A stretch of DNA of 63,998 bases, filler included, from Asterionella formosa (taxonomy: Eukaryota), in NCBI GenBank assembly GCA_002256025.1. It is 10 parts of 10 records of this genome, joined end to end, with 100 filler letters (N's around TTAATTAATTAA, not from the genome) between each part and the next. Parts side by side here need not be neighbours in the genome. Positions count along the whole stretch, not along the records: positions 1 to 6,388 come from NKIB01012720.1; positions 6,489 to 12,867 come from NKIB01012721.1; 8 more parts are not named here. The stretch is one strand, 5' to 3'. This document shows, piece after piece, positions 1 to 12,967 of the stretch (the stretch's first letter is position 1; every line of letters starts with the position of its first letter). Both the position numbers and the translations under genes were made by a program. Under the pieces are notes generated by a model. That model was not told the DNA's origin. It saw nothing but the letters and a program-made list of their open reading frames with translations, and ran no database searches.

Positions 1-166
1 GGAAGACCAATAGTTTGAAAATGAATCATCATGGCTAAACACCTATGATCAGTCCACAATTCAAGTTGATTTATATGGACAATAAATAGCTAGCTCCAAA
101 TAGTTCAGTTCAATAGGCTCACCTACATTATTTCTGATATATCTATGTCTATATATAGTTTCAACA
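1..166 (+). mobile_element. 3' part of a Ty1/Copia LTR, related to the 13761-14181 LTR family
   Basis: Bases 1-53 (ggaagaccaatagtttgaaaatgaatcatcatggctaaacacctatgatcagt) match the interior of the LTR at ~13912-13963. The segment ends in ...tttcaACA at 166, where composition switches to C-rich LINE sequence. Confidence 0.6.
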
Positions 167-3100
167 TTGCGGTGTACTCAGATCCGGGTTCCCTGTATCA
201 TACTTCAACAAATTACCGCAGTACTCAGCCCACGGGCGCTGCTACGCTCTGCTGCTGACCTCCGCCGCTTCACTCGATGTCCATTCCGGACCATGCAGCT
301 GCTACATAGCAATCCAAACCCAACTGACTGCTCTTGCACAAACTGAATTAGCAGTTGCAATTCCTTTTATCTGTCTTTGGCGACAGGTCAATGGCCCGGG
401 CCGCTACCCCTCTGTCTCTGCACATGATATTGTCATCTGCACCTTGTCCCCCTACCAATCCAGTGCTTGCCGACTTCTTCAAAAAACCTCTTACCTACAA
501 AACAGTCCCAGTTTCCCACCAAATACCCATTTCAGCGCACAATGATCTTCCTCTCCCCTCATTTCCTTGGTCTTTCTGACCAATCATATGCCCAAAAACT
601 ACAGGAACAAGACGACTTCCAATCAAATGAAGAGTCAGTCCGCGTCACAGGCGTTTTGCCCCTCACGCATCCTATCCCCGATACCCACAAAACCCTTGGA
701 GGGGCACTTCTCAGCTTCCCTGAACCGTACCCTGGCACACAATATCTTCTACGCAGCATAGAAACTGACCCTGCAGATCCTTCAGTCCTCTTTTTCTGCA
801 CCCATTACTCTCTTGTCAGTTACCTCGAATCATTCATCGAGACTCTCTATCCTACCCTTCAACAGATACACCCTTCTATCAAATCTACCGATGTGTGGAT
901 GGATCCTGATCACCATCACTGCACTCAGACCCTTTCCAACCTTCTCTCTCATTCCAATACAACCCTCTCCCACCTTCTTGACTTTTCACCCTATGGTCCC
1001 ACCGATATACAGGCCCCTTCCCGCCCCTACTCCCCACAATAGATCTCGCCCTCTCCCTAGCTTTGGCAAGAGAGGCCAAGGCTGGGGCAAATGTAGCCGA
1101 GCCCAGCCCTCCCTCTCTCACTCCCAGCCTCACCCCCTTCCCAATGCCTGGCTCCCAGTCCCTCCCTCCTTGTCCAGCACCACATTATCAACTTCATTTG
1201 AATCTATTATGCACTCAGAGCTTTGATCCTTAACCACCACCCTTGTCACCCTTCAAGCCCAGGTCGACACTCTATCCAGTCAAATTGCCTCCCGAGTTTC
1301 TCTCTCTCCACTTCCAACTGATCTCACTACTCTTACAACAATGATGGATTCAAGATTTTATCACTATTCTCAATCTTTCTCCCTCCCTGCACTACATACC
1401 TCTATCGAAACTGCTATTTAACTCTCTCCGGGAAGAAGTTCTCCCTCAACTCTCTACCATGATCACCTGCAAAGTTTCCTCCACTCTTAACTCTGCCGAA
1501 TTTGGGAATGCTATTTCGGATAACATCCGTCAACAACTGGTCTTCCATTTCACTCCCCCTACTCCTCTCCACCCCTCTGATGAGTCGTCTCTCCCCACTT
1601 CAATGATCACTGGGGGAGACGACAGCGACCATCAGTCCTCCTGGCAACTCTGCTCCTCTTGGAGAGCAGATGGTGCCTCTACCATCCCAAGCTGCCTGTA
1701 CTCAACCTATCTCCCGCCACTTTCAACCTACCCCAGATTTTACCTCCCATCGCGCCTCAGGTCAGCCCCATCTTTCCTGGGGAGACCCTGCCTCTCCAAG
1801 ACCCTTCTCCTCAACATCTCCACATTCTTTTCCAAAACTGTAATACGTTTAATAGATATTACTATGAACGCTTTATCTACCTTAATCAGATTGCCTCTCT
1901 CCAACCGACAGTCATTGGACTTTCCGAAACTAACATAAAGTGGTCAAACCACAACATTCGCCACTCCATCACAGCCTCTCTCTTCACCAGGTGGCCCCAT
2001 AGCCGCCTTGCCACAGCCCATACACCCAATGCAGTCCCCGCCCAGACAATCTCTCAAGCTGGTGGAACCCTTCAACTAGTTACTGGCCGAAGCAGCGGCA
2101 GAGTCTTACTCACTGGCAGCGATCCCATCGGCCGCTGGTGCTTCCAAACCCTCCACTCCCACTCCCACCGCGGTATCACCTTTATCACTGCCTACTGTGT
2201 CAGTCAAAACCAACGGACTGGCCCTCAAACTGCCTATGAGCACCAATGCTCCTACTTGATTGAGCATACTAATGCTCTCAATCCCAACCCCCATCTCGAG
2301 ATGCTCCATGCCCTCCAAAAATTCATAATATCTCTCATCGCCCAACACCATGAAGTACTCCTAATGTGGGATGCTAATTCATCTCTGTCTACCGATCCAG
2401 ACATTCTTCACTTTCTTCGATCCTGCGCGCTTTCGGATCTTCTCTCCACCCGGGGAATCCCCTCTACTGCTTCAACTTCCTCCAGAGGTCGCCCCATCGA
2501 CTTCATGCATGGTACGACTCCTCTTATTCACGCCGCTGTCCGCCGAGGTGGGATACTTAGTTTTCATCTCAGTCCCCTAAGAGATCACCGGGCCCTTTAC
2601 ATAGATCTTGATGAGCACTCACTCTTCAAAGACAGCTCCACCGACCCCACCGCACCTAGCCACCGTCTCCTTCGACTCCGCAACCCTGAACAGTGTGCCC
2701 GCTATCTCGCCTTACTCAATCAATACCTGACCTCTCACAATGTCTTCACTCGCCTCTCCTTAATGGCCAACCTAACTCCCCCCGAGCACCCACTCAAAAC
2801 AATTGAATCAGTCTACAAATCTGTCGACCGCGATATTACTGCCGCTCTCCTTAATGCGGAAAAGCGCTCTGCCCGTGCATCTTATGGTTACCCCTGGTCC
2901 CCCACCTTAATGCGCTGTGGCCAAAACTACCTTTTTTGGAAAAAACAATGCTCACTCCAACACCCAGACATGGATACTCTTCTGACCCATAGAGATGATC
3001 TTCCATACTTGACCACCTGCCTCAAAGCTTCTCGTCTTCAACTTGATGAATACCAAGCTCAATCCAAAGCCCATCGTACAGCACACCTGGAAGAACGCGC

Positions 3101-3440
3101 ACTCTATGCAGCCCAACAGTCAGATAGCAATGCCGAGATAGCTCTAAACAATATACTTAAAGCCGAAGAAGTGCGTTGCGGCACGTTCCAGAAACTCCGC
3201 AAGTATGCCAAAGGGCAGACCTACTCCACTCTCCAGAGAGTTGAAATCCCTAACTACCCTGATGGTACCCCCACTGGCTCTACCACCTCCATCTCCAATC
3301 CCGCCAAACTCTTCGCGGCCATTCTGAACCAGAACCAATCGCATTTCAGCCAAGCCACTCCCTCTCCATGAGCAAGCGGCAGACTCAGCACTCTCTTCCC
3401 CTACTTCAGTCGAAACCTTAACACCGACTCCATTCTTGAA
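167..3440 (+). mobile_element. Truncated non-LTR retrotransposon (LINE): broken ORF1 plus APE-endonuclease part of ORF2
   Basis: Strong C skew. Fragmented ORF1-like frames at 467-1226 precede an ORF with APE motifs. The element is cut at ~3440 before the RT domain. Confidence 0.8.
1659..3371 (+). pseudogene. LINE ORF2 N-terminus: apurinic/apyrimidinic endonuclease (EEP) domain, RT missing
   Basis: Motifs LFQNCN, IGLSETN.KW, GGT, D.IGRW, ITAY, LMWDAN, RPIDFM.G, SP.RDHRALYIDLD. Premature TGA at 3369-3371. Confidence 0.8.
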
Positions 3441-5320
3441 TTTTTTCTCTTCCTTTGGTTAAATTTTCAACTCAGATTAGTCATGAGTAGTATATTGTTG
3501 TAATCTCTTGGGAAATTCAACCACTGCACCATCATAAATCAAATCTTATGTGTCCATGTACGTAAGATTTATATATAGTACTACTGGTAGTACCTGGTAC
3601 TCAGAGGACCAGGAACCACCAAGTACCTGGTACCATACTACCGGTAGATGGTTGCCCCCAGCCACTCACCAATATTTATAGAAGGCTTCCTGAATAGACT
3701 ACTGGTAATATAGACTGATATATAGCTACATATACATCATATATATCTATTTTAAATTAAAGCAATACAAATCTAGACCATGTTGATAGGAATGAACCAA
3801 CTTTTGCAATGCCATCAATGCACGCACAGGAGGATTCTATTGGCTATGATGAGCGACCTTCAAGATGGGATAGAATATGCTACTGACTATGAGTTTAGTC
3901 TAGAGCAGCTAGCAGACATCAAGCCTGAACACATATACAAATGAATGGCTGTGAAGACTTATGGTACAGTAAACCAAACCCAAGCCAAAACAATAATCCA
4001 ACATATGGTAGATCAACCTCAATGGAATAGCTATTACAAGAAGGGCGGCATTGTCCTATTTCATGCCACTTCGGCTCTCGACTTGGAATGATGTCATGAC
4101 CAACTGTGGAAACCCAACCAAATCTATGCTTGTTCTTGACCTAGCTAATCAAGGCTGTAAAGAAAAAGGAGGTCGGGTCGCTCCGCAAGCAAGGAATAGC
4201 ATCAGTAGCACGTCGTCTACTTGCGCTTGAAGCCCAAGAATTTGTCTTACCAACACAATTGCTGCACTTCAACGATGCAAAAACAGTATCCGCCGCTACC
4301 AGATAGTTTTTCTATGTTCCTGCCCTTCCAATTCCACATGGTCGGCCGGATCGACGATTGTGTCCAATTGAAGAAGGAAAACTTGAAACCCAATCTTCGT
4401 TTTCCTTTTTCCCTGCCTGATATATCAGCTGTGTTGGTCTAAGAATGTCAAGCAAGGATGAGAGGGATGCACCAGATCAATTCCTCATGGGTGCAATGGA
4501 GCCACAGTATTGTGTACTACTTTAACTTGGCAATCCACCTGGAGACAGAAGGAATGTTGCTCCAATCATGGCAGCTCACTGGAGAATGACTGGGTTTTTC
4601 CTCTTGCTTGGAAGCCACCAATAATCCTCGCTCCGAATGCAAAAAATAAGGCATACCGTATCCTGCATGACGAAGTGTGGTCAGGTAGTGAGTTCAACAA
4701 GCTTAGCATCATTGGATTAATTGGAACACACAGCCTTCGCAAATATCCCTCAACCCATGCATGAAGGAATAAATGGATGCTCCTGTGATGATATAGATTT
4801 CCGCAGTTGCTGGAAATGGCACACAAAGCAAGTAGACTCCTACATTGATGTTGATCTCCTTCCATATCCTGATGCCAAGGTGGCAGCAGCCCTGCCTGTG
4901 TATTGGAGGAGCATGTAAGTATGTGCTCAAAGAGAGTTGCGGTGGTGTGACTGATGATTGGCTTTTGGAAAGAACTGTCATTGTGCGTTCCAAATAGGTA
5001 GGTATTCTTCTGCAGTTCCCACGTGAAGTACCATTGACGCTGCGAGCACAGCCACTACTATGGGTCGTTTTTGAGCCACACCTACAGGGCTACCTACCAG
5101 ATACACTGACAGAGCGCGTCAGGTCAGCATACGCATTTGTGCGTCGCCTTCCAGCAGCTGCCACTCCAGTGGAGAAATTTCCTATTATTATTACTGGTTC
5201 AGAAGGTGAGGTATATATTGACGAAATTGGTGTGGATCTCGATCAAGGTGCTGGTGGTAGTGGTGTATGCAAGGTGGTACCACAAGGGGAACAGCCGGCA
5301 GGTGAAGCATAACGACGACT
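3436..5320 (+). mobile_element. Degenerate Crypton (CryptonS-like) tyrosine-recombinase transposon
   Basis: Frameshifted pieces read ...GNPTKSMLV..., FQFHMVGRIDD, WSKNV, DERDAPDQ, IGTHSLRKYPSTHA, DDIDFRSCWK...QVDSYID, PYPDAKVAAAL. These include the R and HxxR/K catalytic-type residues of stramenopile Crypton YR proteins. The 5' noncoding part recurs inverted at 56820-57262. Confidence 0.75.
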
Positions 5321-5619
5321 AGCTGGTCAGCAGAGGAATGAGGTAGTAGCTACTTGGGCTGTATTCAGTGCAGAAGAAAACACAACAAGACATGAAAGAG
5401 ATCATGGATGCAGGCCGGCACAAATAGTGGGACTCAAGTCAGCTATGCAAAAGGGGATGACAAAGTTGAATACAAGTAAAAGTCGCAATTGCGCGCCTTA
5501 CAAGAATGTCAGGCAGGGCAAAGGTTTAAAGTTGGTCTCAAGGTCGCCCCTGCAGCTGCACCCCCAACTTTCAATGATGGAAATGTGCCACGAAACTCAA
5601 CACTTCCGCCAAATCTACC

Positions 5620-6135
5620 CCCAACATGAGCAACACTTCAACTTGCCCCAACCTGGCCCTGGCCCTCGACCCATATGCCAACAAATACGACAAGAACGAA
5701 GCCCCCGACAAGACAAGCACAAGTACAAGCACTTGCACCAACAACGTGGTCCCCGACACATATGCCAACAAGTACGACAAGAACGAAGCCCCCGACAAGA
5801 CGAACACAAAACACATACCCAAGTACTTGCACCAACAACGTGGTCCCCGACACATATGGCAACAAGGACGAAGCCCCCGCCGACAAGACGAACACATACC
5901 CCAGCACTTGCACTAACAATGTGGTCCCCGACACATATGCCAACAAGTACGACAAGAACGAATCCCCCAACAAGACGAACACAAACACTTGCACCAACAA
6001 AGTGGTCCCCTACACAAGTGCAACAAGGACGAAGCCCCTGACAAGACAAAAACAAACACAAACACATACCCAAACACTTGCACCGACAATGTCCCCGACA
6101 CGTCCCCCAACACTTCTGCCAACCCGTCCTGTGAC
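5620..6135. repeat. Minisatellite, ~75-90 bp imperfect units, about 5-6 copies
   Basis: Recurrent cacttgcaccaacaacgtggtccccgacacatatgccaacaagtacgacaagaacgaagcccccgacaagac. Confidence 0.85.
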
Positions 6136-6388
6136 GCATCCAGTATTTCCGTCAATGTTGGAATGAACAAGATCAACTTGTCATACTGATGGTAGTTAAT
6201 TGTCAACCACCAATCCAAGTTACCGGTACTCCATGTACTGTTAAAAGCAGCAACAAATTTGATGCAATCGTGGTGGACTCGAAGGAACATGAGCCACTTG
6301 TCATAGGCATACCGGTAGGCATAGTACCGCCGGTCGTCAAATGCATGCTCATCCCAGACATGGAGTCGTTCACTTGGTTGGTTGGTTG

Positions 6389-6488
6389 NNNNNNNNNNNN
6401 NNNNNNNNNNNNNNNNNNNNNNNNNNNNNNNNTTAATTAATTAANNNNNNNNNNNNNNNNNNNNNNNNNNNNNNNNNNNNNNNNNNNN
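6389..6488. other. Artificial contig spacer
   Basis: N44-TTAATTAATTAA-N44, giving stops in all six frames. Confidence 0.98.
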
Positions 6489-6699
6489 TCCTATGGTAGG
6501 GATAAGGATAATAGTTTGTAACAGCGCTACATGGGCTGCTATAATTAATATTTTGATGCAGCCAGCCTTAGTGTATATGCACTACTTTGAGTCACTTATT
6601 TTGCATCCATTTCCTTGTCTAGCGACATGTTTTGTTGCTCCTCTTCGACATTTTTGGTATCGACATTTTCCTCCTGCTTGATTTCATCATTATCCTTAA

Positions 6700-8000
6700 T
6701 TTCTTTTTCTACATTTTAATCCTAGACTTCGGCTTTATTGTAGATTTTGTATCCTGTTAGGTTTTCTTCATGTTCTTCATCATACACTCCTGCAATGGGA
6801 GCATCAGGGATGTTCTCCACATTGAATGTTAGATAATAGTCATCATTGTATTTATCAATACTGGAATTTGAATCCTCATTAGAGCGAGTAGTAGGATTTG
6901 TCATCACTATCATCATCTTCAGTTTGATGAGAGGGGCACCATCATGATCAGTGAATGTCAGCTTAGGGTGCCAGTGGCGGTATTGCAACAAGCTAGAACA
7001 TTCACTCAATCAATTACTTCTACCGGTGTGGGAAATGCGGTCCAATGGTTCCAATTCAATGCTCAACCACTACTTAGGCTGTTAAAGTAGTAAACGCCTT
7101 GCTTGTTTCCTGTTGGCTGTAGTGCGATTGCCCCTGTGGTTCTGGTGGCCATGGAGCTGTCATGCACTTCATGGACTTGCACATACGTACCAAACTCAAA
7201 GTTTGCAGTGCTTGTTTTAGTCGATTTGTGTTCTAATTACAATCCCATAAGTGTTTAGTTTGGGAGATATCATTCCATCTTCTGTAGGGAAACTGTTCGC
7301 CAGAACACACTGTATCAGACCATTTCGATTATCATCCTTGCTGGCATTTGCCAAAACGTCAGTGCATTATACACACAACAAGCATGCTCTTTGATGGTAA
7401 AAATGTATTTCTGGAATATTTTCATTAGTAGAAACAGTATTGAGAATGATCCGCATTTCCGCCAAGTCATCTCTTATTGATTCAAATTGTCCATCCATTA
7501 ACAATGTCAAGACCTCAAATCCCCTCTTCATATATATGCTATTCACTTGCTTAATTGCCCCTATTACTGTCTTGCTTTGTTGGTTTTGCAGCATTTCTGC
7601 TGTCCCAAATTTGACATGATGGTGGGAGATGGTCACAAAGAAAGGTATTTTGCTCACAAACATGATGTCACCTCCCAAGATGATATTTTTATAGTGAATC
7701 ATTTTGCTGGATTTCCTAACAATGGATGCATGTTGATGAAACCAATACCCATGTCATTTCATCCATTTATCATATTGATTCGAGTGACGATGCAGAACAA
7801 TGGGCTATTGTTGTCAAAGATTTTACAGGAGCTACCAATGAAGTCATTTAACTCCTGGTGATACGCTGAGCTACTCCATGAATCATCCAAATGCCTTCAT
7901 GGATGGCCTCAATGATTCAATGGAAGTTGGTATTCACCCATTTTTGTTTTCATTACTATCCAGATAGTCAAGAGTGGATATCAGTCAATCATGATACCCT
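6700..8000 (-). mobile_element. Degraded Copia (CoDi-type) integrase region
   Basis: DIMFVSKIPFFVTIS...YMKRGFEV..LLMDGQFESIR...LNTVSTNENIPEI, then FGTYVQVHE...TRTTGAIALQPTGNKQG. Many stops and frameshifts. Confidence 0.8.
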
Positions 8001-8472
8001 GCTCCATTTTGCTGTGCCACCCAATTGGTATGGTGCACCTGCATTAGAGGAAATTGCCACCATGGGAGAACCAGAATGTAAACACAATTGGAGTGAGCTG
8101 GCACATGGGAAATCGATTCAATGGAAAGGTCCCGGAGAAGAACCCTATGTGTTAACGACAGGAGGCAAACGGTGGTATGCTTTGTACAATGATCAATGAT
8201 ATTGAAGATGAAAAGGACGAGCTATAGGATGATGATGTTTTGAATGATGAATTGATGTTGAGATATAACAAATGTTTGTGAATTCTTTGGGGAGTCAACC
8301 TCAAGGATAAATACATTTGTTGCGAATGTCTGACTAGTGGTTCAGCTGCTTCTTTTGAACAAGGAATATATATATATAGGTAATATCATTTGATATTTGA
8401 CATTCATTTTCACGGCATGAATTCGGGCCGGACAGAACAAACATATTATAAAGGTATTGCAATTGTCCCCGT

Positions 8473-9036
8473 TTAAGGAGAATGATCCCATTTCCACTCT
8501 GTCCAACCAAGAACATTGAGAGCAATCTGTTCCTTTTCAGATAGCTCTTTCCAGTACTTGTGTTCAAATCCTGGCCACCTATTACCATCCCACATTTCCG
8601 CGGTAAAACCAATGGCTGTTGCAGCCTTGGCTACATGAGGGGGCAGGTCACCAAAGTTGGACTCTTCGTACTTGTCATCCCACGCCTTGATGTCCCAGCC
8701 CAGAGTTTCGGCAGCCTTGCGTTCTTCCGGTGAAAGGTCTTCCCACCACTTAGATTCAGATGCTGGCCGACCCGATTCGTCCCACGTAGTCGCGTTGAAA
8801 CCAAGTGCTATCACGGCGTTCTGAGCGTCAACAGGAAGTTTAGCAAACTTGACGTTTTCGTACTTTGTTTCCTTGGGGCTAAAGTCCCCCTTCGCTACTT
8901 GGGGAATCGTAAACTTGGAGGGCTTTGACTCCATAACATCTTCATTCTTGTGATCATTCTTGCCAGAGGTAGAATGGTCCGAAGAACCAGGATGGAGCGT
9001 GCAGCACATATCAATAACCTTTTCGAGGATCTTCAT
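8473..9036 (-). CDS. Hypothetical protein (187 aa) with four W/F-x-x-L...AA..LG-W/F....WD repeats
   Basis: Intact ORF with ATG, gene-like codon usage and clear internal repeats. Confidence 0.8.
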   Translation of the reverse strand: MKILEKVIDMCCTLHPGSSDHSTSGKNDHKNEDVMESKPSKFTIPQVAKGDFSPKETKYENVKFAKLPVDAQNAVIALGFNATTWDESGRPASESKWWEDLSPEERKAAETLGWDIKAWDDKYEESNFGDLPPHVAKAATAIGFTAEMWDGNRWPGFEHKYWKELSEKEQIALNVLGWTEWKWDHSP

Positions 9037-11072
9037 GGTTCGTTCGTTATGTTTTTGTGTATCGTCCTGTCTTTTGTTCTGAAAAAATTATGGATATGTT
9101 CTTGGGTCGAAGTTCCTCGTGCCAATGAGTTTTAATCGCTAAAACTTTGTCATAATGGAAATACAATAGAAAACATATGACATGACATGCAATGCCGTTC
9201 AACGGGCGATTGTCCCTCCGACCCTTGCCCTGCCAAGCGCTCAACAAATTTCTCTACGTATACACAGTACAAACTATCGTTGTCAACATATTCAGCCGAC
9301 CGAGCCGACGTGTAAGTACCAAGTCAAATGTGGGTCGTAGTCCCTGCTACTCGGTTACTAGAACGCAAACAATATATGGAAATGTTGAAATATACCGGTA
9401 TGGCGCTTCTTCTAGCACGCTCCAGTACTGCCCTGGAATGCCCGGTCAAGATCTTTCTCGCGCCTCTCGTTTGCGTCGTACTGTACTCTGCTATATAAAT
9501 CCTGTCTATTTCTTCCGTTTCGACATTCCTCAGATTACCTAGTCTTCGGACACCTGTCGACATCAACAGCCTAACAGACACACTCTCACATGAATACCCA
9601 TACTGGTTGTACTACCGGGGTGTATATTTCAAATGCAGTATATATTGCATATGTATGGGCATATAACATCAGTTTGATGATTGTCAAAAATGATTTTGGT
9701 CCTTTGCTACATACAGTGGACAATAGTAGAGGTTGTGAAGTTGCACTGTGGCACAGAAAGCCTTCTTAGACCTCTGTTGTTGCCTCACCACCTGGAACCC
9801 TAGGGACAACATAAACAAAGCATGTGGAGAATGTGAGAATCAAACCCACCACCTCAGGAGGTGTGCTAACCACTATGCCATTCCCCAATCATACATAATA
9901 TATATTTTTTTGTACAATACCAGTTCTTAGTCTGACAGGACACAAAGTTAGCCTACAGAGTACACTGCAAAGTGAATGCAAACCACAAAACTGCTTGATG
10001 AAAGGGACCCCTCCATTATACATATTAGTTTGTGTTTTTATGATGACAAGGAAGTGCTATTGTTCATTTTAAAAACAATGATGGTGAGAGTACTAGTAAT
10101 AGTTAATGATTTCCCCCATGTATTGACTGCCAGGTAGATCAGTAGACTAATATTCTTCTAGTAGAAATATATGAGGATGTCATTGCATATTTTGAAAGCT
10201 GGGTGCAATGCTAGTCTATACTGGCTATCTAGCCTACTTAGAATAGGTAAATAAGCATATAATTTATTTATCATTTGCATCCTATGTACAAATTTGGCAG
10301 CCTATGTAGAAATTTGGATCTGTAGTGGATCACACATAATCAGGAACATATCATTCAAAACAAATTGGTTTTGCAAGCTACCACTAGTAGTATTGCACTC
10401 AGGAGTTGATTTATTGAATATAGGGAATCCTAGCTACATAGTCTAACAAATACATCAAAATCATCATGATCATTGCAATATTGCATTGGTTTTTGAATAA
10501 AATGAGTTTCTATCCAGCCCACCTCTCATGGTAAATGCATGTCTCACTCTTGGGACCCTGCAAGTGAACAATAATTAGTGCATGTACCCGCATACATAAA
10601 ACAAAGCAGCAGAGCCACACATGCTGTGCCCAAAGTTTCCCAGATGATCAGCCGACCGAAAAATCCCAGAAGTTCTAATACCTCTTCTGTGGTAACATCA
10701 CCCCGACTGTTGTTGTTATCATGAGGGGCTGTCGTAAATATTATCTTCGTTTCAGTATAGTGGATCCGGTGAGCAGGTATTAAAATTTTAACTGAATACC
10801 TGCGTATACACATATTTTACCTACAATCTACTACCAGTATATGGCCTTTTTAGAGACGAGCGCGCACGCTTACATGTTGGCATCAAATTTCAATTAGATT
10901 TGGAGACTCAACTGGTGCACCAACGGATCTACTCCCATTCACAGGATTGGCACACACGACAAACACCTGTCAATGATGCATGTGGAAAGTGTGTTTTGTT
11001 CTGAAATCTAACTTGTAATGTGAGCACACACATCCAGTAAAATCAAGAAAAATCATCAAAATTAGTTCCAAA

Positions 11073-12867
11073 ATGATTCGACGCCTTTTCATCACAGCAT
11101 TACTTTCATCGGCGCAAGCTCAGGCATCTTCCTCCAACAAGATTATTGCATATCAAGAGGATGCGGAGAAAGTAGCTTTGGAAATTGCCTCTTTCGGAGA
11201 AAACAAGCGTATTGCAAGAATCCAAGAAAGCAAGGAACAACTGCCTAGTTCAAGCGGAAATGTAGGAGAGATTCAAGTGAACGAAACAATACCCGGCAAT
11301 GGACATAGTCTATCAGTCTCTGAACGGGAGAAAAACGCTGTAGAGAAAGCAAAAGCTGATATGATAATCCTGCAACAAACTTCCTTCGCCAAAAAGATGA
11401 CGAACAGACGCCAAACACCCTCAGCTTCTCCTACAAAGATCAGAGGAGCTATTTTCGTGAACCAAGGCAATGAACATAATTTAACTACCTCCGAACGGGA
11501 GAAAAAGGTTCAAGAAGAATTGAAAGCTGATATGAAAACCCTGAAACAAGCTGCTTTCACCAAAAAGAAAAGGAATGATGGAACACCCTTGGCTTCACCC
11601 CCTATGGGGGAAGGAGTAATTTTCGTGAACGGCACAGCACCCAACAAGGAACATAATTTAACTGTCTCCGTTCAAGATGAACTTACGTTAGAGGGAAAAC
11701 CAGAAGGCATTCACAGGAACAAAACAGGACTCAGCATCACACATAACTTTACTGGCTACGGACGAGGGAAAGGGGTGAAAGGGCCTGCAAAATCGCAGAT
11801 GGAGCCATTGATTCCTTCAGAGTCCGCCAAGAAGGGTAAGGGGAAAAACGAAACCATAGGTTCGCTCGCAAATGGCGAAGTACTAGTTGCCGACCATAAC
11901 CAAAGTACTGCTCCCTTGTCTACCCGCACACCCACCCCAACTCCTGTTCCGACTAAAAAGCCAGCAACCAGTAAGTAGTCCAGACCATGGAATGAATAGC
12001 GTAGCCCATTGCCCGGATTTCGCTAACACTTGATGTCTTGCCAACAGATCACCCGACTAGTAAGAGGACTGAAAAAAACGTATCGAAGTATACCATTCTT
12101 ATGGTAGCGCCATTTGTCGTTGAATATGAAACGACTGGTGGCATTTCAGATGACAATGACTTCCAAGAGCTTTCTGAGGCCACTGAAATATTCCTCAATG
12201 AATCTTTGGCGAATTACTTTCAAGATCCTGATCAAAATGTGAGTTACTACAAAACCAAAGTAGAAATTTCTTTGATTCGTGGTCCTCTCCTGGTGGAGTA
12301 TCAAGCCAAAGTGCTGTTTAGCAAGGCGGGAACTGTGCCATCCGTGAAGGAAATCGATAGTGATGTGGCCACCATTATGAAGAATCCAGATGACCTTGAC
12401 GAATACCTACTACTATTAAATGATTTGCCTTCAGGGAATCCATTCTCGACCACATCGGCAATTATCCCTGGTGGATCCAAAACCACTCGCCCAAATGGGA
12501 CCAAAACTGAAAATATGGCACCACAAGAATTACAAGCGCAGCCGAGCACCGACACGACAAATCTCTTAGTTCCACTTGTTGTCGTTGGCTCGTTTCTTGC
12601 ACTTGTCGCTATTATGGTTGTCTACGCCAAGAAGAGACAGAGGAACAAATTTTCACTGTACGACCGTGATGCCGTGGCCAAAGAATTCGCCCCTCAACCT
12701 GGCGATGAAGAAGTGACTTTGGATGGCACCATGGATGAGCCCGCCCTCACGCAGTCATACATAGTTTCTGTGCATTCCTCGGGTGTAAGTACTTGCATGT
12801 CAACATTGCTCACTGCGGAACAAATATTGTCGTCGATGAGTCATGAGTCGGCACTGCGACAACAAGA
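11073..12867 (+). CDS. Type I single-pass membrane protein: signal peptide, ~57-aa repeats, PT-rich linker, SEA-like domain, TM helix. Exons 11073-11970 and 12048->12867, 3'-truncated by contig end
   Basis: Signal peptide MIRRLFITALLSSAQAQA. Removing a phase-1 intron fuses the two ORFs in frame (KKPAT-N-HPT). TM helix LLVPLVVVGSFLALVAIMVVYA is followed by KKRQR. Confidence 0.8.
11971..12047 (+). other. Spliceosomal intron (77 nt)
   Basis: GTAAGT donor, GCTAAC branch site at ~12022, CAG acceptor; removal restores the frame. Confidence 0.85.
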
Positions 12868-12967
12868 NNNNNNNNNNNNNNNNNNNNNNNNNNNNNNNNN
12901 NNNNNNNNNNNTTAATTAATTAANNNNNNNNNNNNNNNNNNNNNNNNNNNNNNNNNNNNNNNNNNNN
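12868..12967. other. Artificial contig spacer
   Basis: N44-TTAATTAATTAA-N44. Confidence 0.98.

Noticed and set aside
6433..6444. TTAATTAATTAA palindrome repeated nine times at regular spacing
   Set aside because: Always embedded in N44 flanks; an assembly linker, not biology.
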